A stretch of DNA of 64,000 nucleotides. Origin: Octopus sinensis. Taxonomy: Eukaryota. Location: the NCBI RefSeq assembly GCF_006345805.1, contig NC_043000.1, positions 117,304,001 through 117,368,000 of the forward strand, in the 5' to 3' direction. The position numbers and the translations under genes were made by a program. Shown here in pieces: positions 13,122 to 24,689 of the stretch. The notes under the pieces were generated by a model. That model ran no database searches. It was not told the origin of the DNA and saw nothing but the letters and a program-made list of their open reading frames with translations. Within the stretch, counting starts at the first letter, position 1, and every line of letters begins with the position of its first letter.

Positions 13122-14344
13122 TGTGTGTGTATATATATATCTGCGCGTGTGTCTTTGCGTCTGTCTGTCTCCCCCATCCCACCGGACTAATAGTAAAAGA
13201 AGGAAAGAAAGGAAGAGAGGAAAGAATAGATAAAATAGAGGAAGGGGAAGCATTCGATAGAAAAAGGGGCAGCGGATGGTCGAAGTTGAGGAAGCGATAG
13301 TTATAGAAACATCAGCGTTGGTAACTGGATCATCACGCACAAAGACATTTGCATAGACTTCAGGTCAGACACTATCCGGGTATTGTATTGAAATTCAATA
13401 TAGGCCCCTTATTCAGATGGTCAACTTAAATCATTAATATTTGGTCATTCGTACATGTCCCACATATTAAGGGAACTGTATTAGAAAAGGCAATGATCTA
13501 TCAACAGTAATTATAATCATGATGGGAAGGTAGAGAAAGTTTTGGTAAGATTGGATAGTGAATAGAGACAGGGAGAGAAATGTGAGATTAAAAAAATAAA
13601 AATGAAATATAGTATTCTAAAAACCAAATAAAAATAAAAAGCAAATAAAATAAAAATAAAATATCAAATATAATAAAATTGTTATTTTAAAAAGCAAATG
13701 AAATAAAATAAAATGAAGGCCAAATATAATTTTAAACTAAATTAAGTTTGTAGAATTAAAAAAAGATTAAACTTTAAAAATTGAGGATTAAAATTAAAAT
13801 CAATTAAAAATTAAAGCATTAGAAATTACGAATAAACCCCTCCTCTATTCTTCCTCCTCCTTCCTCTCTTCCATTCCTTGTTTCATTTCCTTTTAGTCCT
13901 TCTTTTTCCAAGTCATCACTTTTCTTCTTCTTTCCCCTTTATCACTCTTCGGCCCCTTCCCATGGCTGTACCCTTTTTTCAGTGTTCTGCTTGGTAATAA
14001 CCAGAAATAACTCCGACCAATTTTCTGGATAAATTTTCTCGGTCATTCAATTTTTCTCGAACCGATCAATGACAGATTGAGTAAAGATATTAACAACGAA
14101 CCAATAATGACTACCGGAAACAGCTAAATAAGTCAAAATTACAACAATAATTTTTAAAAAAAGTGTTATGACCATTAAGTCTCACATGTACACACGCACG
14201 CACACGCACACACACACACACACAGACATATATATATATATATTCAAATCCCAAAACAAATTCTATATATGTATGTATATGTTTGTGTGTGTGAGTGTGT
14301 GTGTGTGGTGTGTGTATGTATGTATGTATGTATGTATCTATCTA

Positions 14345-14460
14345 TCTCTATATATAGGGAGAGCTTACGAAAAAAACAAAAGACGAAGACAGGTGGTGTA
14401 CAAAACAAACAGATGTATTAGTATAAAGCTGAGGAATAGAAAAAGTATTTTACGTTACAT
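14345..14460 (-). mobile_element. Truncated Penelope pseudo-LTR 3' part
   Basis: Reverse complement contains taatacatctgtttg...ccacctgtcttcgtcttttg as at 34730-34780. It starts at the aacgta remnant of the HHR. Confidence 0.55.
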
Positions 14461-14589
14461 GCATGCATGCATAGAACTAGATCGAATTACAAGGCAGCAT
14501 TATTAGTAATACTTCAGCACCATAACAACAATCATCAACATAGTTATCTTGTTCCCTTTAGTTTCAATACTTCAACGATAACTCATACA

Positions 14590-14639
<50 letters not shown>

Positions 14640-14642
<3 letters not shown>

Positions 14643-15900
14643 TAATAATAGAACTAAATGCACGTAACAAGGTGTTAGCTATAAATTCCTTAGCAGATCC
14701 ACTTGTTACTTATAGCTACAATGTGTTGAACTGGAATATGAGTGAAGTAAAGAATATAGATAGGAAAATACGCAAGCTGCTGAGTTGTAATAGGATGCAC
14801 CACCCAAAGGCAGACGTAAATCGCCTTTACCTTCCCAGAGCCCAAGGAGGTCGAGGCCTGATCCAATTTGAACTAGCTTACAAAACAACCACAATTGGAC
14901 TGGCCAAATATCTCGAAATATCGAATGACTGGATGCTAAGCTCGTGGAAAATCACGAGAGACGAAAGAAGCTTCATTCAATCATAAAGGAAAGCAAAAAA
15001 TTTGCTTTGATCTCGTGCAGGATACCCAACTGAACAACCCGAGGGAAGTACGGCAACTATTGTTGCAAAGAAGGTGAAAATAATGGCAAGGAAAAAAGCG
15101 CACGAGCAATTGGCTGATAGGTGGGAGGAGAAACCTCTGCACGACAAATATGTGGCCCGCAGCAAACAAGCTGATGTTGACCAGAAGTAAACCCATCAGT
15201 GGCTACGGAGCTCAGGGCTAAAAGCAGAGAGCGAAGGTTTCATCCTGGCTGCTCAAGATCAAAGCCTATTAACTCGGAACTACCAGGCCAATGTGATGAA
15301 AAATGGAGCAGACCCAAAATGCCGATTCTGCAACGACATGATTGAAACAGTGGACCACCTAATCTCTGGATTTGTAAAGTCTTAGCACCAGTGGAGTATA
15401 AATTAAGACATGACAGAGTTGGCCAATATCTACACTGGCTAATAAGTCGGCATTACAATATCAAAACTGCCGACAAGTGGTATAATCACCACCCTGAGGC
15501 TGTAAATGAAGGAGAAAATGTAACCATTCTGTGGACTGCCAGTACATACAGACCGAACCATCAAGGCCAATAAACCAGATATTGGTGTGAAAGACCAAAA
15601 CAATAAAGTTTGCTTATTGATCGACATGAGCATCCCTGTGATCATAATATCTCAGCGAAAGAGTTTGACAAGCTCAGAAAATATAAAGACCTACTCATTG
15701 AAATTGAGAAAAGGTGCATCTCAAGGCGGTTACAATACCAGTGATCGTAGGAGCACTAGGAATGATCAAGAAGGGAACCGAAAATTATATGAGAATGATC
15801 CCTGGCTTACCATCCTGCAAAAAGTGCAAAAGATTGTCTTAACTGGTACATCACACGTATTGAGAAGAGCATTGTCGATGTGAGAACTGTTGCTGCTCAT
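14640..15900 (+). mobile_element. R4/Dong-clade RLE LINE 3' part, in (TAA)n
   Basis: AINSLADPLVTYSY...IDRKIRKLL...HHPKADVNRLYLPRAQGGRGL; AAQDQ; CRFC; RHDRVGQYLHW; KPDI...LIDMSIP. (AAT)n tracts lie at 14590-14650 and 16060-16125. Confidence 0.9.
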
Positions 15901-16081
15901 GTATTTTAATTTAACTTTAAAAAAAAAAATTTTTAAAATGAACGAACTACTGAGTTTGGTTTAATGGCCTACCAATGTATACTATGAGTTTCTTTGCCCT
16001 AGGAGTCGGGAAGACACTCGGCAAGAAATGATAGCAAATTTGAAAGAAGAAGAAAAAAAAGTAATAATGATAATAATAATA

Positions 16082-16126
<45 letters not shown>

Positions 16127-17077
16127 TAACAAACACAGATAGAGCAAGGACACTATCAGCTGTTGCCTTCCATTTCAAAGGTTTCTCGTCTTATCTAAAT
16201 CTTTATCTGTTTAGATAGTATATTTGACCACGAACGGGAAGTGATCGGATGTTTTGTCGTTTTTTTTTTTTTTAATCATTAGATTAAATTTGCTCAAGAT
16301 TACTGCTCAAACACATCGAATTTCTGTTAATTCTCTGTTTAGTTGATAGAGTTGAATGTAATGTTTTAAATTTTTGCTACAAGGGCAGCTTGGGGAAGGT
16401 GTTCAACTGGTACTTGTTTTATCGACAGTGAAAGATGAAAGGATGAAACGCAAAGTCAACCTCGGTGGAATCTGTCAATCAGATCAACCACAGTACGTAA
16501 CTAGTACTTAATTTATCGACCTCGAGAGGGTGAAAGGAAAAGTCGACCTCGGCGGAATTTGAACTCAGAACGTAGCGACGGACGAAATAACGCTAAGAGT
16601 TTCGTCCAGCGTGTTAACGATTCTTTTCTACTCTAGGCACAAGGCCTGAAATTTAGGGGGACGGGGTCAATCAATCAGATCAACCATAGTACGCAACTAG
16701 TACTTAATTTATCGAACCCGAAAGTATAAAAGGCAAATTCGACCTCGGTGGAATTTGAACTTAGAACGTAGCGACGGACGAAATAACGCTAAGCATTTCG
16801 CCTAGCGTGCTAACGATCCTGCTAGGTCGCCGCCTTAGTGTTGAGCGTAATATTAAAGTGAAAATAAATAAGGAGTTAGATGTATACATACTTACAATGT
16901 CATTGACACATACTCGCATTCAATCATTCACAAGTGCATACACACATACGAAAATCTTCTTTCAGTTTCCGTCTACCAAATCCATTCACATGGCTTTGGT
17001 CGGACCAAAGCTATAGTAGAAGACCCCACCACCTCCCACCAAAGATGCTACTCAGTGGGACACAGACAGACAGACAG

Positions 17078-17177
<100 letters not shown>

Positions 17178-17754
17178 GATATATATATAAAGCACGATTT
17201 ATTCGTGATCAGAGGCGTTCGTAAACCGAGGTACTACTGTATTAAATGAATAGGAGAAAGACAGGAGATAAAATACGATTTATTCGGGATTAGAGTTTAT
17301 TCGTAAACCGAAGTTCTACTGCATATCATTTACTTCTTTACAGTTCCGTTATTGGTAGGATCAACAAAAATTACTCCGTAGAAGGAGAGATAAAAATTCA
17401 ATATACAGTGTAACTAAGTTTGAGCCATTTTAATACACAAGATTATTCGGCAGATTAGGTGTATGCTTTACAGAGTAATCCATATGCAATAAATCTATTT
17501 TGATGTGTCTTAGTTTTCGTTTTAATGTTAAGAGCTGGCATTTTGTTAACATGCCTGTTATATATGTAATATGAATTTCTGGTGCAAACCCACGTCGTGA
17601 TTTCTAACAAAATATAATATATTATAATAAACTTATAACATGAATTACTCTTTAAAGAATATACTTATACGCCCATCTTATGATGGCTTGAATTTCAATA
17701 CTGCATATAAATGCATGCAAATATATGCACATGTATATGTGAGTGTGTGTGTGC

Positions 17755-17832
<78 letters not shown>

Positions 17833-18051
17833 AATATTAAATTCTAAATGTCTCAAAGAGACATGAGAGGTGGTGAAGCGACAGAGTGGTTGTATACTGT
17901 CAACATAACGTGACAGTCCCGTATGGGAATTACACCAGCACTGTTTAGCCCTAGGAAGCATCGAACGCTTCCTGTTGGCTTTGACACATTTTTTCCCTGT
18001 GTCCTTATGTTTGTGAAGGGGAGGTAAGCACCCCACCAGCCAAGATTCACA

Positions 18052-18098
18052 CCTGAGGACGTGCATGTTTCTGGGTCTTAACCTGTCATCAGCCCAGG
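18052..18098 (-). ncRNA. Type I hammerhead ribozyme (family 1)
   Basis: Minus strand CCUGGG-CUGAUGA-c-AGGU-uaag-ACCC-a-GAAA-CAUGCACGU-C-CUCAGG. Stem I is 6/6 pairs (one G-U), the core is canonical, and the cleavage triplet is GUC. Confidence 0.8.
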
Positions 18099-18388
18099 AT
18101 AGGGAGATCTGCTGATTGAGGAGCCTGTCCAGCCTTCACAAACATATATATTTACAGTGAAATCTATTCACTGATCACCGTAATCAGAAATATTAAATTT
18201 CTAGATGTCTGAAAGAGACATGAGCGGTGGTAGAACGATAGAGTGGTTGTATACCGTCAACTTAACGTGACAGTCCCGCATGGTTGAGGAGCCTGTCCAG
18301 CCTTCACAAACATATATATTTACATTTCTCTGTAAATATATATGTTTGTGAAGGCTGGACAGGCTCCTCAATCAGCAGATCTCCCTAT

Positions 18389-18435
18389 CCTGGGCTGATG
18401 ACGGGTTAAGACCCAGAAACATGCATGTCCTGAGG
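18389..18435 (+). ncRNA. Type I hammerhead ribozyme (family 1, inverted copy)
   Basis: CCUGGG-CUGAUGA-c-GGGU-uaag-ACCC-a-GAAA-CAUGCAUGU-C-CUGAGG. Stem II is perfect, stem III is palindromic (ACAUGCAUGU), GUC is at 18427-18429, and stem I has one G-G mismatch. Confidence 0.75.
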
Positions 18436-18599
18436 TGTGAATCTTGGCTGGTGGGGGTGCTTACCTCCTCTTCACAAACATAAGGACACAGGGAAAAAAT
18501 GTGTCAAAGCCGACAGGAAGCGTTCGATGCTTCCTAGGGCTAAACAGCGGTGGTGTAATTCCCATACGGGACTGTCACGTTACGTTGACGGTATACAAC

Positions 18600-18650
<51 letters not shown>

Positions 18651-19035
18651 TATATATTATATATATATATATATACATACATACATATACATACATATGT
18701 ATATTGATAAAAACGGTAAAACAACAAAGAAAGAAGAGACCTCGATATTATGTAAATAGAGGAATTATATATATATATATATGAGTGAGAGAGTTGGCTT
18801 CTAAAAGCACGTGGTTGGATGTATAAAAACAAAATAGAATGAAAAAACCAGCGAAGAGATGACACAATATCGGTAAAGAAATTTGTGAAATTTGAAAAGA
18901 GAATACGAAACTGGTTATTTCTCCCAAAACAATGTTACTATACACAAAATTCTGTAACATTTTTCTAACATGACGATTTAATATATTCTTTAAGCCTATA
19001 ATACAAGTCTTCTGTAGATTTTCATTCTATTTTGT

Positions 19036-19102
<67 letters not shown>

Positions 19103-19921
19103 TGTATGTATGTATGTATGTATGTATGTATGCATGTATAATTGTATATGTCAGGTCACTTTCGAGTGCTACTGGTAACATGTAACCCAGTACAACCTGT
19201 CGCATAGTCGGGTCATCGGCGACTAAACCGGCAACCCCACCAAGCTTGCTTGGTGAGGAGGGTGTTTATTGGACACCCTGCGGGATGAAAATCAAAACCC
19301 GTCAAAGGGTGGAGGAACTCTTGAGAGTCAACGGCCATCCAATAAATGTCTTAAGGCTGTATCATAGAAAGGCGGGGACATAGAAATAATCGGACTGAAT
19401 ACCGGATCGCGCGGTTAAACCATTAGGAGTGAAGGACTCCTAGCCTTTGTTAGGGCATCCTTCTAGGAGAAGGTAACTCAGGTAAGTGGGATAACTCCGA
19501 CATAAGACCTGCAGCTAAGCGGTTACCGATGATGTTGATTTGTTCTTCTTTTCGGATTATGGCTGCTGTTGCTTAGTGAGTGGGATTGACTCAGTGCACA
19601 GCCTTTCCTCACTTTAAAAAATATCTTCTTGTGCAGGCATTGCACGAGAACAACATTGATTAAGCTTCGTGCAATGGCCATACTCGATAACGAGGGGGCA
19701 GCTACCTGATAATTTCTTGTTAAGATCCCTTATTAAGAGATTGTCCTTAATTGTTAAACTTATTCCGAAATACTTTTCATTACCCGACATGCAGTTCGTA
19801 AAAAGCCCGCCATTTACCGGATATATGATTTATAAACATTCCATGTGCTTGGCCGGAGTGAGCAGTTGTCTGTTCGTCTTCGCTACGTAAGGTTAGTTTA
19901 TTTATGATATATTCAGAATCA

Positions 19922-19977
19922 GTTCTGCTGACGATCATTAGACGCAAGTTGTATGTGAAATCACGGTGATACAGAAC
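19922..19977 (+). ncRNA. Type I hammerhead ribozyme (family 2)
   Basis: GUUCUG-CUGACGA-u-CAUuaGAC-GCAA-GUUguAUG-u-GAAA-UCAC-G-GUGAU-A-CAGAAC. Stem I is a perfect 6 bp, stem II has a GNRA cap, stem III is quasi-palindromic, and the triplet is AUA. Confidence 0.7.
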
Positions 19978-20393
19978 ATAATTCATTTTTAAATGTCTTG
20001 CTTTGAAAAACTGCATTTGGGTATGATTAGTATAATTTTGGTAGTAATGACTCTGTCCCTCCTAGTGTGAGGCATTTATGTGTAATAATGCCCTCTATAC
20101 AATATATATATAATTAATTTGTTCAGAAGAAAAAAATTATTTTCGGATTCTTTTCTTTTATGAGGTTTTCACGCTAGCTACCTGATAATTTCTTGTTAAG
20201 ATCCCTTATAAGAGATTGTCCTTAATTGTTAACTATTCCGAAATACTTTTCATTACCCGACATGCAGTTCGTAAAAAGCCCGCCATTTACCGGATATATG
20301 ATTTATAAACATTCCATGTGCTTGGCCGGAGTGAGCAGTTGTCTGTTCGTCTTCGCTACGTAAGGTTAGTTTATTATGATATATTCAGAATCA

Positions 20394-20447
20394 GTTTGCT
20401 ACGATCATTAGACGCAATTTGTATGTGAAATCACGGTGATACAGAAC
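20394..20447 (+). ncRNA. Damaged second copy of the family-2 hammerhead
   Basis: Same sequence with 1-nt deletions in stem I (gtttg) and the core (ctacga). This is either real decay or assembly error. Confidence 0.45.
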
Positions 20448-20710
20448 ATAAGTCATTTTTAAATGTCTTGCTTTGAAAAACTGCATTTGGGTATGATTAG
20501 TATAATTTTGGTAGTAATGACTCTGTCCCTCCTAGTGTGAGGCATTTATGTGTAATAATGCCTCTCTAAAATTATAGATATATAATATTGTTCAGAAGAA
20601 AAAAATTATTTCGGATTCTTTTCTTTTATGAGGTTTTCACGCTAGCTACCTGATAATTTCTTGTTAAGATCCCTTATTAAGAGATTGTCCTTAATGTAAA
20701 CTTATATATA

Positions 20711-20742
<32 letters not shown>

Positions 20743-21284
20743 TATGTATATTATATATATGTATATATATATATATATGTATGTATGTATGTATGTATAT
20801 ATGTATATAAGTATATACAAAGATATAATTATATGTATGTATGTATAAATATATTTATATGTATGCATGTATCAGGGTAAATGTTTTTTAATTTTTCTCC
20901 TGGTTTACGGAATTAATGTTATTTTGCGGTTGAAGCTTTTTGGCTGTTATTTCTAGTGGGTGAATGGCCTATTATGGCCGTTCCTTGATTGTGATATAAA
21001 TATAGACATATATTTATACGTATATATGTATATATAATGTATATACACATTCACATATGTGTGCATATTTTTACATATAGATATATATACATGTATATAT
21101 TCATTCATGAATATATGTACGTGTGTGTATATACATTCATATATACATACATAAATATATATATATGTGTATGTGTGTATAGTGGAGTAGAATAATAAGT
21201 AGAAAGTCTTTGATATATTATTATTTATTTGAAAAAAAAAATGAATGGAAATGGCTTTTCTGATAATTTTTCCGAGTGCGCTAA

Positions 21285-21680
21285 TCTTTATATATAAAAG
21301 AGAAGTTGTGTGTCTGTCTCCTACGATTTAGATTCCTAACTACTCCCACATTTTGCGGTGCAGTTTAACCAAAGCGGGTATCTTATAGTCGTGATTCATA
21401 TCGAGCCCTTCTGGGTATTAGCGCGCGTCTACGATGAGTCTACGATTTAAAAAAAAATTTACCATCATCTTTTTCCATTATAATGCATTTTTCGCTATTA
21501 TATAAGGGAAGTAACTCTCTAAAAATGTCTACGATGAGTCAACGATTTAAAAAGAAATTTACCATCATTTTTTCCCCATTTTTAATGCATTTTTTTGCTA
21601 TTTTTTGGCTATAACTCTCTAAAAATGCTTATATAGTTATTTCCCTTACAAACCCGAGCAACGCCGGGCGATAATGCTAG
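21285..21680 (+). mobile_element. Non-autonomous Helitron
   Basis: A|TCTTTATATATAAAAG start; cccgagcaacgccggg hairpin; CTAG|T end. Confidence 0.8.
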
Positions 21681-21816
21681 TAATTTATAAACAACTAATT
21701 ATTAAAGAGAATGAATTATCAGAAAAGCTATCCCTATTTATTTTTTTAATAACTATATATATATAATATATATATAGATATATATATAATATATATATAC
21801 ATACATACATACGTAC

Positions 21817-21847
<31 letters not shown>

Positions 21848-21895
21848 GATATATATATATATATATATATATATTATACATACATACATACGTAC

Positions 21896-21932
<37 letters not shown>

Positions 21933-22559
21933 GATATATATATATATATTATATATATATATATATATACACATATATATATTCTCATGTTTGTATTAGA
22001 AACGTTTCATCATTTTATAAACATGTGTCAAATGTTTTGAATAACATACCTTAACAATTTCAGTTAAATGAAATGAAGAGCTACTTTGTATGCCTCTCTC
22101 TCTCTCAAACTTGAAGGAAACTGATTAATCCACTGCTGCTTATAAACGCTGTTTATTCTCGACCTTCCAGCCAGTCCTTTCATCAACTTTATCGAGATAA
22201 GGTTCCCTCTCTCTTATCGAATGTTCCGATAAGAGAATAATTGGGTGATAATTGATAACGATTATTCACCAGCCTATTTATTCCCTTCTACATTACGTAC
22301 AAGGCCAAAACATTTACAAGAGTGGGCGAGTCAATAACGCGAACCCTAGAGATTGACTGATAATCATTTCATCGGCCTCGAAATTATGAAAGGCAAAGTC
22401 CATCTCGGCGTAATTTAAACTCAGAATGTCTTAAACATGGGAAATACTGATTTGAAATTTTGAAACACGGCTACGTATAGGTTAACTTAACGCTTTGCCC
22501 AGCATGTTAATACTTCTGCCGGTTCGCCACCTTAAGCTAACCTATTATATTGGGAAAAT

Positions 22560-23160
22560 GTTGCGAGCTGGCAGAAACGTTAGCACGCCGGGCGAAATGC
22601 TCAGTGGTATTTCGTCTGCCGTTACGTTCTGAGTTCAAATTCCGCCGAGGTCGATTTTGCCTTTCATCCTTTCGGGGTCGATAAATTAAGTACCAGTTAT
22701 GCATTGGAGTCGATATAATCGACTTAATCAGTTTGTCTGTCCTTGTTTGTCTTCTCTGTGTTTAGCCCCTTGTGGGTAATAAAGAAATAGAAATAGGTAT
22801 TTCGTCTGCCGTTACGTCCTGAGTTCAAATTCAGCCGAGGTCGACTTTGCATTTCATCCTTTCGGGGTCGATTAAATAAGTACTAGTTACGCATTGGGGT
22901 CGATATAATCGACTTAATCCGTTTGTCTGTCCTTGTTTCTTCTCTCTGTGTTTAGCCCCTTGTGGGTAGTAAAGAAATAAGCATTTCGTCTATTGTTACG
23001 TTCTGAGTTCAAATTCCGCCGAGGTCGACTTTACCTTTCATCCTTTCGGGGTCGATACATAAAGTACCAGTTTTGCACTGGGGTCGATGTAATCGACTTA
23101 ATCCGTTTGTCTGTCCATGTTTGTCCCCTCTATGTTTAGCCCCTTGTGGGTAATAAAAAA
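22560..23160 (+). mobile_element. tRNA-derived SINE family D, tandem trimer
   Basis: Head gcgagctggcagaaacgttagc; unit ggtatttcgtctgccgttacgttctgagttcaaattccgccgaggtcgactttgcctttcatcc at ~22607, ~22797 and ~22981. Confidence 0.85.
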
Positions 23161-23484
23161 TATATTGGGAAAATGTATTTACTTATAAGCAAAATCGGTG
23201 GTTGTAAAATCCTATAATGGAAGGCAAGGTTTACGATATCGGGAGAATATCGCCTTCTCCTATTATATCTTGTTCTTCGTGTAGTTTTGGCTCCGGCAGA
23301 CGAAGAAAGAAGTCTTTAAGTACAAGTGCAATTTACAACTGGTTTATTTACAAGTTTCACAAAACAGGTGAAGTGCGTGACTCTCAGCAACCATCTCGAG
23401 CTGTGTGCGTGGTGTTGTATCTCCATTAGTGCGGGCAAATTGCCCCCTGGAGGTACAACATGCAGACAGGCCAACTATACTAAC

Positions 23485-23951
23485 AAGTAAAGTTAATCGC
23501 CACATGAAAGTGGCTTTTCCATGTTACTACTAGTTTAACCGAAAACCAGCTGGCAGAGGATCTACTTGAGGTTAAACTAGTAGTAACACAGAACAATCAC
23601 TTTGATGTGGTGACTGACTTTACTTGTTATTATGGTTACTACTCTGATCTCTGTTTGAGATTTTACAACTCATTTGCTTGTCGTAAATCAGGGATCGACG
23701 GTCGCTTTGTTTACAGTATATTGCTGGCTGGAGCAGACCCTGGCTATTGCTCCGGCTGCCAGGTGCTCGCGACTGAGGATACGCTAACCAGCTCGAAAGT
23801 GAGTCAGTCTCACGATGCTGTTGTCTATTAGAGGATGGTAGGATTTCACTCCCTCTGTTAGCGCTGCAACTATAACCAGCTGGTGGATTTCTGTCTGTAG
23901 TAATAGTAGTAATTTGCAACAGCCACTTGGATGTGGCAATTAACTTTACTT
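23485..23951. mobile_element. MITE-like element with 31-bp terminal inverted repeats
   Basis: aagtaaagttaatcgccacatgaaagtggct (23485-23515) versus agccacttggatgtggcaattaactttactt (23921-23951). No clear TSD. Confidence 0.5.
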
Positions 23952-23954
23952 ATT

Positions 23955-24295
23955 TACTTTTTTTTCTCTAGTTTCAGCTCAGAGCTGTGGCTATGCTGAT
24001 GCACCGCCGTTTTGCTACACTGTTATTACTAAGAGCCTCCTCTAATATGTGGCACTTGGTGAAGCATGGAGTTTGATATAGCTACCCTCATTTGTACCTC
24101 TTGCCGTGAGGTAGGTTCATCTGGGTTCGACAGGAAGAGATCCAGCTTTGATTTAAAACCCCCTACATCTACTTTGTGCAAGTTCTTCAGACTCTTTGGG
24201 AGAATATTAAAAAGCTGTGGGCCCTTGAAACCCAGGCTGTTGCAGTAATTGGTCCTTACTAGTAGAGACACCCGGCTTTGCCTGGGAATGAAATC
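23955..24295 (-). mobile_element. CR1/L2-group LINE 3' end with SINE-C-like tail
   Basis: NSLGFKGPQLFNILPKSL...FKSKLDLFLSNPDEP...SNSMLHQ, followed by ggcggtgcatcagcatagccacagctctgagctgaaactag. Confidence 0.8.
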
Positions 24296-24689
24296 GTTCC
24301 TTATTTATTGGAAGAAAAAAGCAAAATATTAGTGTAATAAATCGAATGATGGAAACGGTATTTAAAATCGGATGAAAAAGGTGTTGTTTAAAAAGTTATT
24401 GCTATAAATTTGTGTTGGTATAAATTTGAGCTAAAAATAAATCCATGGTAAAAATCCGTGGTAACAATCAGTAATGGCTGTGTGTAGATAAAATTCCCAT
24501 AATTCATTTCCTCTTCAGTGTGTGATCCATAAATGTAAGAAAATATGATTCTTTATTGCACAGAGGGGACAATACAAAACACGGGTCGATAAAAACGGAT
24601 GAATTTTTCAAAGAAATAGACAAATTAATAATTTCTGAAAATATAGCGTATGATTTAAGTAAAGACAATACAATGAAGTGGGGGACGGG

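Larger units (their letters stand above)
17827..18603. mobile_element. Retrozyme-like HHR repeat, family 1: one full 356-bp monomer, a deleted second monomer, and an inverted copy
   Basis: atcagaaatattaaa starts at both 17827 and 18183 (period 356). 18331-18603 is the reverse complement of 17885-18156. (TA)n flanks both sides. One HHR in each full arm. Confidence 0.75.
19700..20704 (+). repeat. ~470-bp tandem repeat (2.1 copies) with one HHR per unit: retrozyme-like family 2
   Basis: gctacctgataatttcttgttaagatcc recurs at 19701, 20177 and 20645 (periods 476 and 468). The array ends in (TA)n. Confidence 0.8.

Noticed and set aside
19150-19260. HDV-like ribozyme at the start of the structured cassette
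   Set aside because: I could not build the nested P1/P2/P3/P1.1 pseudoknot; only simple hairpins are evident.
22560-23160. Regularly spaced repeats resembling a CRISPR array
   Set aside because: Eukaryotic context with ~190-bp SINE units and no unique spacers or cas genes.
23755-23800. CTGAGGA...GAAA...GTC hammerhead-like string
   Set aside because: Stems I, II and III do not pair in register. The segment instead forms a gactga/tcagtc hairpin.
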